This document shows positions 55,812-64,000 of a stretch of 64,000 bases of DNA, piece after piece (the stretch's first letter is position 1; every line of letters starts with the position of its first letter). The position numbers were made by a program, and so were the translations under genes. The notes under the pieces are model-generated. The model was not told the DNA's origin. It did not search any database and saw only the letters and a list, made by a program, of their open reading frames with translations. The DNA comes from a virus. Its lineage: Duplodnaviria > Caudoviricetes. The stretch lies in IMG/VR virus record IMGVR_UViG_3300048881_000780, one strand, 5' to 3'.

Positions 55812-56612
55812 CTAAAGAATTAGACCATCGATAAAGGGAGTTAGGATAGCTAATAATTCGGATTCTCTCTTAGGGTCAGGTATGTTTCCATTATTCATAT
55901 CAACCAAGAGTTTCTTCATCGTGTATGAGTTCTTGGCCATATTAGTTATGACAGCTGATAAATCACTGCCAGCTAAAAGAAATTGAATTCTAGATGCAAA
56001 AATGGATATCCACAGGCCATCTTCGTCACCAATGTATTTTTCAAAGAGAGATTCATTCCTATCTTCATGAAAGTCATCATCAAGATCAGGGCAAAGAGTC
56101 TTCACATTCTGTAAAACAACTTTTATATCAACGGCATCCTTTCTTCTAACTTCAGAGTGGCACCAACTTGATAATTTAAGGGCAATTAACATCTCTGGTA
56201 TAATCACTTTAACGGCAGTATCAGCTAAATTAATATCTACTGCACATTCAAAGGCCTTATTAAAACCCATAACCTTCATTCTAGACCTAAAAGGCCTTGG
56301 CCACTTAATTGTTTCAGAATCTCCAGCAATATCACCAAATGGAATCAAATCAATTGGGATTTCTCCTAATAATAATCGATAGGATTTTTCGGGATCTTCT
56401 TTCATCGACTTCTCAGTCTTTAAAAGTTCTTTAATCTTTTTAAATTCATCCCAATCCTTCACCAGTATAGCAAAGTCGACATCTCTCGTTTTTATACCCT
56501 GGGGTAAACTTCTTTCTTCAAAGTAAATATCTCTTGCGAGAGCTCCAATAACAATGAAGTCAATTGCTTCTCTATTAAATATTTTAGATATTTCTACCAC
56601 TATGTCTTTCAT
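55812..56612 (-). CDS. AbiEii-like nucleotidyltransferase toxin (type IV TA)
   Basis: IGALARD, TRDVDF, ALK, KDAVD. Confidence 0.85.
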   Translation of the reverse strand: MKDIVVEISKIFNREAIDFIVIGALARDIYFEERSLPQGIKTRDVDFAILVKDWDEFKKIKELLKTEKSMKEDPEKSYRLLLGEIPIDLIPFGDIAGDSETIKWPRPFRSRMKVMGFNKAFECAVDINLADTAVKVIIPEMLIALKLSSWCHSEVRRKDAVDIKVVLQNVKTLCPDLDDDFHEDRNESLFEKYIGDEDGLWISIFASRIQFLLAGSDLSAVITNMAKNSYTMKKLLVDMNNGNIPDPKRESELLAILTPFIDGLIL

Positions 56613-57615
56613 TTAGTATTTTCTTGGCCTTATTGAGGTACTTCTTAAATCTAACTTCTCCAGCTTCCTTAACTCTTTGATCACTAGAGTTCATTAATTC
56701 CGCACTTATAATAATATCGTGAGCAAACTGAGCTCTATCTCTTAAGTCTAATCGAGTTGGATAGAGAACTACACTACCTCTATTATCCGGAATTAGTCCC
56801 AATCTCTTATAAAGTGATTTTTGAGATTTAGTCTCCATAAAAATAGACATCTCAAGAGCGTTATCAAGATAACCGTCTCTCTTTATACAATCAATTCTTG
56901 GGCCACTTAGCGCCCACAAACCATCGTTAAGTTCATTACTGGCTATATCTATAAGTTCATCATTACTTAGCTTTGTTTTAAATCTGGCATACTCTTTCTT
57001 TGTCTTATATTGAGAAAGAATAAATCTCCACCTCTCAAAGTAAGTTTCTATATTGGTCAGGTGATACCCGTCATTAATTTTCACAATAAGATTTTCTTTT
57101 TCCATACTCTTAAGTGTTATGTTGACGGTGGCCGCGGATTTACCAATTAGCTCTCCGATCTCGGCCTGAGTTAAATCTAGGAGTCCATGGTTTTTAAAGA
57201 ATAGATACCCGATTGGAAATTCATTTAAGACACTAGAAGATCTGGTCTGCTCTTTCTTTTCTTCCGAGTAAAATGAATCACTGGAAATTAAATGCAGTGG
57301 TATATAGAAGTGATTTTCATTATCAATATATCCAATCCCTTTTTCCTTTAGAAACCTCATCTGCTCTTCGTTTAGATAACTAGAATAAATGATCACTCTC
57401 TCATACTCTGAAAGTTGAATAATATCTCTAATGTCACTTTTAATATCAAAGGATTCATTTAACTCAACTAATATTACCGCCAAAGTGGATCTTCCTAGAG
57501 AGATGGAAGCTCGCTGGACCGATCTACCATTACCAAGTAGTAGAGAGTCTCTATATTGAAATTCGAGACCAGTATGATTAAATATGATTTCACTTATATT
57601 ACTCATATTTAACAC
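56584..57615 (-). CDS. AbiEi-like antitoxin/transcriptional regulator
   Basis: GYIDNEN..I, central wHTH TQAEIG.LIGKS.ATV, C-terminal AELM.S.D.R..EAG; overlaps the toxin start. Confidence 0.75.
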   Translation of the reverse strand: MLNMSNISEIIFNHTGLEFQYRDSLLLGNGRSVQRASISLGRSTLAVILVELNESFDIKSDIRDIIQLSEYERVIIYSSYLNEEQMRFLKEKGIGYIDNENHFYIPLHLISSDSFYSEEKKEQTRSSSVLNEFPIGYLFFKNHGLLDLTQAEIGELIGKSAATVNITLKSMEKENLIVKINDGYHLTNIETYFERWRFILSQYKTKKEYARFKTKLSNDELIDIASNELNDGLWALSGPRIDCIKRDGYLDNALEMSIFMETKSQKSLYKRLGLIPDNRGSVVLYPTRLDLRDRAQFAHDIIISAELMNSSDQRVKEAGEVRFKKYLNKAKKILNERHSGRNI

Positions 57616-57775
57616 TATATCACATATTTAACTTTAAAGCAACATGAAAACCATGCTTAACTACCTAATTTTACATATTTATTTAATAAAAACAACGCAT
57701 TTAATTTTATTTAAATGAATAATTACTTAGAAATCATCTAAACTAGGTCGGATCAAAATATTCTGAACTGACACC

Positions 57776-58162
57776 CTAAGAATTTAGGCCATCTAAAATA
57801 GTATCAATTTTTTTAACAACTCCAGGCAAACTACTAGAGCCTCTCTTTATTTCAGATAAGAGCTCTTTAAAGCGTATTCCCGAAATTTCACAATCTTCAT
57901 CAAGGTACTGATAGAGGCCCATTACACAGGCCTCTCTCAAGTAAGGTGAATCACTGGATTTAAATTCTTTAATATATTCGTAAAAATCTCTATTAGTATC
58001 ATTTTTTGCAATTCCAACAAGAGCATACCCTTTAGCAAGAGCTCCTACTCTTGTACTTGCAATAATTTCCTTTAAAATTTGATAATCACCAGCGATGCAA
58101 GCCTTTTCAATATTTTCTTCATTGAAGTGACCATAGTTTAATCTAAATCTCTCCATTGGCAT
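57776..58162 (-). CDS. Hypothetical helical (HEAT-like) protein
   Basis: KGYAL.G / S.SPYLREAC..GL repeats. Confidence 0.6.
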   Translation of the reverse strand: MPMERFRLNYGHFNEENIEKACIAGDYQILKEIIASTRVGALAKGYALVGIAKNDTNRDFYEYIKEFKSSDSPYLREACVMGLYQYLDEDCEISGIRFKELLSEIKRGSSSLPGVVKKIDTILDGLNS

Positions 58163-58257
58163 TACTCTCTCACAGTTATCGACTTTATTTTTAGATCTCT
58201 AATATACTTATCGGCCAAATTGTTTACCTATAATCGATAGGAATATATCTGAATTAA

Positions 58258-58548
58258 TTAAGCGACGTTCTTATATTTTAACTCAACCTTTTTCCCTAAT
58301 GATGATAAAACTCTAATTAATCTATCTATAGTTACTCTCTGTAAACTCCCATTTACAACTCCAGTTACAGTAGATCTAGAAACTCCTGATAACTCAGATA
58401 CCTCTTTGTGAGTAAGTTTCTTTTTTTCTATAGTTTTGATGATTTCTTTTGTTAGACTAGCTTTCATTTGTGCAATTACGCCATTCTCACTAGTCAGCCC
58501 AAGAGCAACTGCCAGTTCAGAAGTATTTTTATATGTTTTAGATTTCAT
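58258..58548 (-). CDS. HigA-like XRE antitoxin
   Basis: LTHKEVSELSGVSRSTV...TIDRL. Confidence 0.85.
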   Translation of the reverse strand: MKSKTYKNTSELAVALGLTSENGVIAQMKASLTKEIIKTIEKKKLTHKEVSELSGVSRSTVTGVVNGSLQRVTIDRLIRVLSSLGKKVELKYKNVA

Positions 58549-58862
58549 TACAGACCCCTAATGCGCTTTTTCACAAGCTCAATTGTTTTCAGTGGTGTTT
58601 TATTAGATTTTTTTTGAAAAGCGTGAATAACGTAAATCGCATCCTTCTTTCTTATAACGTAAAAAACTCTATATATTCCATTTCTATCTTTAAGTCTTAA
58701 TTCATGTGTATCTTTATCAATACTAGGCATATGCTTAGATAGTGGCATACTAAGAAATACCCCTTCTCGAAGCTTGGATATGGCATCTAAAAAATCCTCG
58801 AGCACTTCTCTTGGAAACTTTTTCAACTCTTTTTCACATACGTTTAGTACTTTTATATCCAC
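58548..58862 (-). CDS. RelE/HigB (Gp49-like) toxin
   Basis: ELR......YRVFY......YVIHAFQKKS.KTP; toxin-first order; stop overlaps the antitoxin start. Confidence 0.9.
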   Translation of the reverse strand: MDIKVLNVCEKELKKFPREVLEDFLDAISKLREGVFLSMPLSKHMPSIDKDTHELRLKDRNGIYRVFYVIRKKDAIYVIHAFQKKSNKTPLKTIELVKKRIRGL

Positions 58863-58871
58863 GTCTTCAAT

Positions 58872-58887
58872 GTCTCATAAATAAGAC
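58872..58887 (-). promoter_or_regulatory. Imperfect palindrome in the TA promoter (probable autoregulatory operator)
   Basis: GTCTCATAAATAAGAC within TTGCCT-17 nt-GACATT on the minus strand. Confidence 0.5.
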
Positions 58888-58980
58888 CATAAGGCAAGTT
58901 ATTTTTAGTAGTACAAAATGTAAAGTATTAGAATCTCAAAGGCTATTTAACTTATTCTTGAATTAACTATACGATCATCA

Positions 58981-58997
58981 TTTTCTAACTCGTCCAC
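58981..58997. repeat. 17-bp direct repeat, copy 1 (copy 2 at 60354-60370)
   Basis: TTTTCTAACTCGTCCAC, exact at both sites. Confidence 0.85.
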
Positions 58998-59005
58998 ATC
59001 AAGTC

Positions 59006-60370
59006 CTAACTAGAGAAGCTAAATAATCTCTTTAATAGAGATTTCTTAGGTTTTTTAATTTTACCTTCTTTAATTAAACGCTCTTGTTCTTTAGCAAACT
59101 CTTCTCTTCTCTTTTTACTGAGCCTTTCACCTTTTTTACTAAACTTTAAATCCTTAAGCTTTTCAATTGTAATTTCACAAGGATCATTTTCCTTTAGTTG
59201 CTCAAAGTTCTGCTCCCAAAATGAAGTATAATTGTAATTCTCTTTCAGCCACTTTCTTGGACCAACTTTAGGGATATCCCCCCCCACTCTTGGAGTAAAT
59301 GCTCTTCCCATGTCAGAACGAATCTTTAAATATCCATCAAAAATATCCATTCCATTTCTCTTTGCTCCACGAGATTTTGCAGTTCGAGACTGAATATATG
59401 CATCTAATAATATTTCCCAGTCGCAAGATGCTTCCTCATTTATTAGATCACTTCTATTGGCCTTAAGCCTCTCTTTTAACTTGTACCACTCGGTAACCAA
59501 AGCACTTGTTTGTAGATATGACTTACTATCCATAAGGGCATTAAGATCAAATACTTGCCACAGGTTACTAACGTAACTAGAAATATTAAAGGATCTATCA
59601 ACAATATTTACACCGTCGTAATAATATCTTCCCTCTAATTTAACTAGTGGGATAAAATCAAATCCGTCTACTGAGAATACTACTCCCATATACTTATTCT
59701 TATAGTCGATACTCTTGTAAACAATTGAGCTAAACTCTCCCTCTTTAAGAGGTAGGTAACCACAAGGTTGCAATCCGTATAGTTTATTAGGTAATAACTC
59801 TTGATGAGTATGATTAATTACTAGATCCATCCAACGGGCCATTCTAATTTGATCATTCACTTCAATGTCACTATCTTCTAATGCACATCTAATATAACCA
59901 GCAGATAGCGCTGTGCAATTTGTTATTGGATTAATTCTTTCGAACTCAATATCTTTTAATATAGAATGAGCTCTATCTAGAATCTCTTGGTCATATCTAA
60001 AATTAAAGAAATCATTTATTTTAATATTATAAGAATATTCAAATACAATCTCAGGATTTGACGGCTTAAGGGCGCTTCTATATAAATCAGCCATCTCACT
60101 TGGATATCTAAAGAAATCTGAATGACTTCCAAATTGGTCAGAGTTAAATGGTCTCTCCTTCCAAAAACAATTTACTTTCCCGAGAGTGTGGCATCTGTCA
60201 CCAATACCCTTAAGACCACTAACTCTTTCTCTAATTAGATAATTCTTAGCACTTCTATTTTCAATAATAAATTTAACTAGATCTAGATTTTCATCTAAAA
60301 ATTTTGTACTTGGAAAATTGATACGACCATCAATAATGAGAGCATTTGCTCTTTTTTCTAACTCGTCCAC
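59006..60370 (-). CDS. Hypothetical protein
   Basis: 454 aa, GAGG SD, GTG start. Confidence 0.8.
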   Translation of the reverse strand: MDELEKRANALIIDGRINFPSTKFLDENLDLVKFIIENRSAKNYLIRERVSGLKGIGDRCHTLGKVNCFWKERPFNSDQFGSHSDFFRYPSEMADLYRSALKPSNPEIVFEYSYNIKINDFFNFRYDQEILDRAHSILKDIEFERINPITNCTALSAGYIRCALEDSDIEVNDQIRMARWMDLVINHTHQELLPNKLYGLQPCGYLPLKEGEFSSIVYKSIDYKNKYMGVVFSVDGFDFIPLVKLEGRYYYDGVNIVDRSFNISSYVSNLWQVFDLNALMDSKSYLQTSALVTEWYKLKERLKANRSDLINEEASCDWEILLDAYIQSRTAKSRGAKRNGMDIFDGYLKIRSDMGRAFTPRVGGDIPKVGPRKWLKENYNYTSFWEQNFEQLKENDPCEITIEKLKDLKFSKKGERLSKKRREEFAKEQERLIKEGKIKKPKKSLLKRLFSFSS

Positions 60371-60489
60371 TTCAACCTCAACTTTATTAACAACAACTTT
60401 ATATTCGAGTTATTAATATTATACTATATACTATGGTAAGATACGAGATTAAGGTGTCAATATGTGAAATATCAACACCTTATGTGGCA

Positions 60490-63400
60490 TTATTTTCCTA
60501 GAATGCGCTTAAATAGCTCAATTCTCTCAGGAGTTAACTTTTTATCCTTTAAAAAGCTCTCAACTTCTTTTAATTCATTATTTCTAACACTTAGTGTTCT
60601 ACTCTTTACTGCTGCCTCTAATTCAGAAGTTAAACTAGTTACCGACTCCACTTCCTTGGCCATAAACTCTAACTCCCAGAGATCTTTTCTTAGATAATTT
60701 CCACTACTGATAATATCTTGTAGCTTCTTGAAATTAGAATTACTTAAATTACCATTTCTTTGTAATTCATCTCTTAGAGCTTCAATTAAGTTATAATTTT
60801 TAGATCTTTTATCTATAAACTCGCTTAAGAAACTGTGAGGATTATCTTTTTCAAGATTCTCTTCATTACTTGGTTGATAAGAGTTCACTAAATCGTTCAC
60901 TTGGTCAAATTGCTCTTGCGTTAGTATCGAAGTATTTCTGACCTCTCTAGCATAGAACTCTAACGCCTCTCTATTTTGATGGTACTTTGAGTTATCTAAT
61001 CTGGCTTCAATTTGAGAAAGGTATGATAGATCCTCTGCGCTTACTCCACCAAGAGAATCCAATTCCTTAGAAATCTTCTCGGAGTTCTTTTTAAGTTTTT
61101 CAACTTGTCTATTATATTGGCTTTCGTTGAGACCACTCGCCTCTATTCCAGCACTAGTGAGAGCTTCTAATTCAGATTCAACCATTGATTTTAATTTCAT
61201 CTTCTTATTTCTCTCTCCAATTTTACCACTACTAATAATATCAAATCTATCTCGCTCTCTTTGGGTAAGGTTTGACATTAAATCACTTTTCTTATTTAAG
61301 CTAGACATTCTAGCGTCAACAATTGCTTGTGAAGCTTCAGGTGTTGAAGAAACCATACTTGAGAGTGTACTCTCCCTCTTTACTCTAAGCGTCTCTCTAA
61401 CCATTGGATCAGTAGTCCCACTCATCTCTCTATCAATCTTAGAGATGTCACTAAGAGCATCTTCTACTTTAATTTTAGCAGGAAGAGAGAATTTACCACT
61501 CTTAAGATTAGCTCTAAGAATATCTTCACTAGATTTTCTCGCTCCAGCATCAGAGATCATAGCTAAACCAGTTTCATCTATCGCAATCTTATTTTCCATC
61601 TCTTTTGTTAACTTAGTCTCTTTGTTTAAATTTTCAGAAAGCATTTCAATGTTACGATCCCTCTCTTCAGATTGAGGCAATTGTTTTAAATCATTAATCT
61701 CTTGATCAAGCTCCTCTTTTCTTCCTTCACTTTCAATTAGATCTTGCTGACTACCTTCCATTGAAGATTGTAGATCACTTGCTCCGTCCATTTCGTAATT
61801 TCTAGTTTCTTCACCTTCTGAAGTTCTTTGTTCTACATCTACGTAATTTGAAACCTGAGCGTTTCCAACGCTAGCATTGGCCTCATCATATGATGCACGG
61901 GCCTTCTTTAGGTCTTCAGAGTTTGGAATAAATGAATTTGCGAAATTCTCAAAATTTCCACCCTTTTGCATGAATGCACTCTTAGCAAATCCCATCATGG
62001 CACCGCGCTTATCCCACATAGAATCTTTAAGAGAACTTAGATATGCTCTTCTCTTTAAAGATGCCTCTTCTTTGGCCTTTTGTTCAGCTGTTAGACTCTC
62101 ATCTCCAGAAAGTACCTGAGTTCCCTCTTTTCCAGGTCCAACAAACTCACCAGCTTCCATATTTCTGATTTCATCTAAATCACTCTTAGATTCAGTCTCG
62201 GCGCTAACTCCTTCAACTTTAGTAGGAACTTTAACATCTTCATCTCTAGTGATGATATCTCTTTTCTTTTTCTCATCCTTCTTATCACTAAGAGGAGAGC
62301 TTCCACTTTCAAAAACTGATTTAGAACCTGGTGCCGATGGCGCACTCATTGGTGATTCAGTTGGAGCACTTGCTCGACTAGTTGGAGCTTGAACAGATGG
62401 GGCGCTCGCAGTGGACATCTCTGGAACCGCTGGTGGTTTCACTCTATCCCATGCACTACCTGGCTTTTTTGGTGCTCCACTCATTCCCATGGCGCCAGAT
62501 CCACCACCGCCACCAAAAGATCCACCAAGTCCACCTGGCATCTTTAACTTTTGCAGTAATCCAGAACCCATCATCTTAGAGGCCATTGGACCAGCAAGAG
62601 AAGCTCCCGCTGTTAGTGCAATTCCTGAGATCATCACCGCACCAGCAATGGCCTCATTTCCAATATTAACCATGGTGCTCATATTATTATCAATTAAGCT
62701 CTTAGAGATGGATAATACCTTAAGCGTTAATCCAACTTTAATAATTAGAGCACCGATTCCAATAAATAGGGCCTGTGGAACAAAGGTCAAATCACTAGAA
62801 GCTACTCGATAAGCAATGATCACTAAGTAGTCAGTGATAAACATAATAAATCCCATTGTCGCTGGAACAATGGCAAATGTTAGATAACTCTTTAAATTAC
62901 TAAAGTACTGTTTTCTAGTTTTTGAATAAAGAATCGACGGAGCGTAAATTAACATGGCAAATGTTGCAAACGCGGCCAGAATAGATATCCCAAGATATAC
63001 AATAGAGCCGATAATATAAGCTACCCATGTAAAGAAAGTTGAGATCATTAACATAATATTATCAGCGTTAAAGAAATTTCTCTTTATTTGCTCCCAAATG
63101 GCAAATTCACTCATATCCTTTATCTTGGCCCAAAAACCAGTATGGCGCTTTGAGTTTAATTCCTTTTTAAGTGCAACTAATCTAGCGTGACTAACATCTT
63201 CAAATTTTCCGGCCTTATCCGCCACACATTGAACAATAGTTCTATTTTTTACCTCAATCTTATCATCACCTTGCGCCGCTCTGATAATTCCAGAGTACTG
63301 TGGCATATCATCAATATAAGCATTACAAAGAGAATTGGATGCTGATAATACATCTTTATAAAGAGTTACCTTTAAACGATGCTTTTTAAGTTCATCCAAA

Positions 63401-63798
63401 TCGAAGTACTTTTCTTGAAATGAAACAGATAGATTTGTTACTAGGTTATAGATATCTCTTAAAAGAAATTTATTATTAGATTCATAGTCTTGAATCTTAA
63501 AAGATCCATAGACTTCGGCCCTAAGCATTCCAATCCCTTTGGTATTACTTGGGGTAAGTCCGGTAAATAGAAATGCTAAGAGAATCCACCAAATGAGACC
63601 CCAGACTTTATTAAAGAGATCTCCCGATTTGCCATTTACATAAGGCTTAAAATAACTATGGTATAACTCCAAACAAAGTGCAAACATCATAAGAACAACA
63701 ATAAAGTTATTCGATCCATCAGTCGTCTTATCTAGAACAAAGTTAACCATTTCTCCAATGACTGACTGTATGAACTCTGTTGAATGATTTAGTGTCAT
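60490..63798 (-). CDS. virB6: Extended VirB6/TrbL-like polytopic T4SS protein
   Basis: Two TM, periplasmic loop, TM cluster with AP......TR..F..., Gly/Pro/Ser linker, helical tail of about 600 aa. Confidence 0.7.
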   Translation of the reverse strand: MTLNHSTEFIQSVIGEMVNFVLDKTTDGSNNFIVVLMMFALCLELYHSYFKPYVNGKSGDLFNKVWGLIWWILLAFLFTGLTPSNTKGIGMLRAEVYGSFKIQDYESNNKFLLRDIYNLVTNLSVSFQEKYFDLDELKKHRLKVTLYKDVLSASNSLCNAYIDDMPQYSGIIRAAQGDDKIEVKNRTIVQCVADKAGKFEDVSHARLVALKKELNSKRHTGFWAKIKDMSEFAIWEQIKRNFFNADNIMLMISTFFTWVAYIIGSIVYLGISILAAFATFAMLIYAPSILYSKTRKQYFSNLKSYLTFAIVPATMGFIMFITDYLVIIAYRVASSDLTFVPQALFIGIGALIIKVGLTLKVLSISKSLIDNNMSTMVNIGNEAIAGAVMISGIALTAGASLAGPMASKMMGSGLLQKLKMPGGLGGSFGGGGGSGAMGMSGAPKKPGSAWDRVKPPAVPEMSTASAPSVQAPTSRASAPTESPMSAPSAPGSKSVFESGSSPLSDKKDEKKKRDIITRDEDVKVPTKVEGVSAETESKSDLDEIRNMEAGEFVGPGKEGTQVLSGDESLTAEQKAKEEASLKRRAYLSSLKDSMWDKRGAMMGFAKSAFMQKGGNFENFANSFIPNSEDLKKARASYDEANASVGNAQVSNYVDVEQRTSEGEETRNYEMDGASDLQSSMEGSQQDLIESEGRKEELDQEINDLKQLPQSEERDRNIEMLSENLNKETKLTKEMENKIAIDETGLAMISDAGARKSSEDILRANLKSGKFSLPAKIKVEDALSDISKIDREMSGTTDPMVRETLRVKRESTLSSMVSSTPEASQAIVDARMSSLNKKSDLMSNLTQRERDRFDIISSGKIGERNKKMKLKSMVESELEALTSAGIEASGLNESQYNRQVEKLKKNSEKISKELDSLGGVSAEDLSYLSQIEARLDNSKYHQNREALEFYAREVRNTSILTQEQFDQVNDLVNSYQPSNEENLEKDNPHSFLSEFIDKRSKNYNLIEALRDELQRNGNLSNSNFKKLQDIISSGNYLRKDLWELEFMAKEVESVTSLTSELEAAVKSRTLSVRNNELKEVESFLKDKKLTPERIELFKRILGK

Positions 63799-63811
63799 AA
63801 TATTATCCTAT

Positions 63812-64000
63812 TTAAAAAGTATTAGGTGGTTCTGGAATCTCTGGAACTAATAGTCCTTCGTTTTCAATTTCGACTTCCTTGGCCCTTCTTTCCAGTTTTC
63901 TCCTAATATCTCTTTCTTCTTCATCTCTTCTTTCTTTATCTCTTCTGGATTTCTCCATAGCATTTAGTTCTAATAGCTTCTCCGCTGCGATCTGATTGTA
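63812..64000 (-). CDS. C-terminal part of a coiled-coil protein upstream of virB6 (VirB5/TrbJ-like position), truncated by the window end
   Basis: Hand-translated YNQIAAEKLLELNAMEKSRRDKERR...PPNTF-stop. Confidence 0.6.
   Translation of the reverse strand, partial: YNQIAAEKLLELNAMEKSRRDKERRDEEERDIRRKLERRAKEVEIENEGLLVPEIPEPPNTF

Noticed and set aside
54093-60487. Extra operator-like sites at 54093, 54113, 54426 and 60473
   Set aside because: Wrong spacer length or one poor half-site; not counted as operators.
27913-61000. Recurring K...G..L[TS]..E motif in the sigma factor, VirB10, chaperone insert and VirB6 tail
   Set aside because: A generic helix-capping pattern; not evidence of shared ancestry.
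7564-62812. Other short overlapping ORFs in the track (e.g. 7564, 10301, 10431, 12299, 12681, 18311, 18983, 19699, 22960, 24519, 24708, 24894, 27232, 29886, 30852, 31725, 36305, 37477, 39725, 45015, 50623, 54666, 60464, 61127, 61877, 62382, 62411)
   Set aside because: They overlap better-supported genes in another frame or strand and show no recognisable motifs.
1-64000. Prophage or jumbo-phage call
   Set aside because: No terminase, capsid, portal or tail genes were recognised, while T4SS and pilus genes are present; a phage-plasmid cannot be excluded from this window alone.

Overview
AT-rich (about one third G+C by eye), gene-dense segment with no housekeeping operons, no rRNA or complete tRNA, no CRISPR array and no phage capsid or tail genes. 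It reads as part of a very large conjugative element (megaplasmid or ICE). The style of the DksA, the HExxH lipoprotein and the Cys-rich secreted proteins tentatively suggests a Bacteriovorax/Halobacteriovorax-type host (inference). Contents: (i) a divergent DNA-metabolism kit (RecA, UvsW-like SF2 helicase, MutS, DnaQ-like exonuclease, RecD2, family-A polymerase-like protein, jumbo-phage-type metallophosphoesterase); (ii) host-control genes (two Clp/Hsp100 ATPases, a Zn-free DksA/TraR, and a sigma-70-like factor inside the transfer operon); (iii) divergent type IV secretion genes (VirB8-like x2, VirB9-like, enlarged VirB10, giant VirB6); (iv) a dispersed chaperone-usher pilus (4 pilins, usher, chaperone) plus adhesin and secreted enzymes; (v) a toxin-antitoxin hotspot. 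The strongest non-ORF signal is regulatory. A 15-bp palindrome TAACRY-N3-RYGTTA occurs at about 14 intergenic sites, mostly overlapping promoters of DNA-repair and transfer genes. A second motif, an A-tract followed by TA(T/A)AATAG, heads the surface and pilus operons. Together with the element-encoded sigma factor these suggest an undescribed two-tier regulon. Also notable: a tmRNA 3-prime fragment (att-like core), a circularly permuted membrane-anchored HNH, and a TGAACA/IHF-like repeat array.
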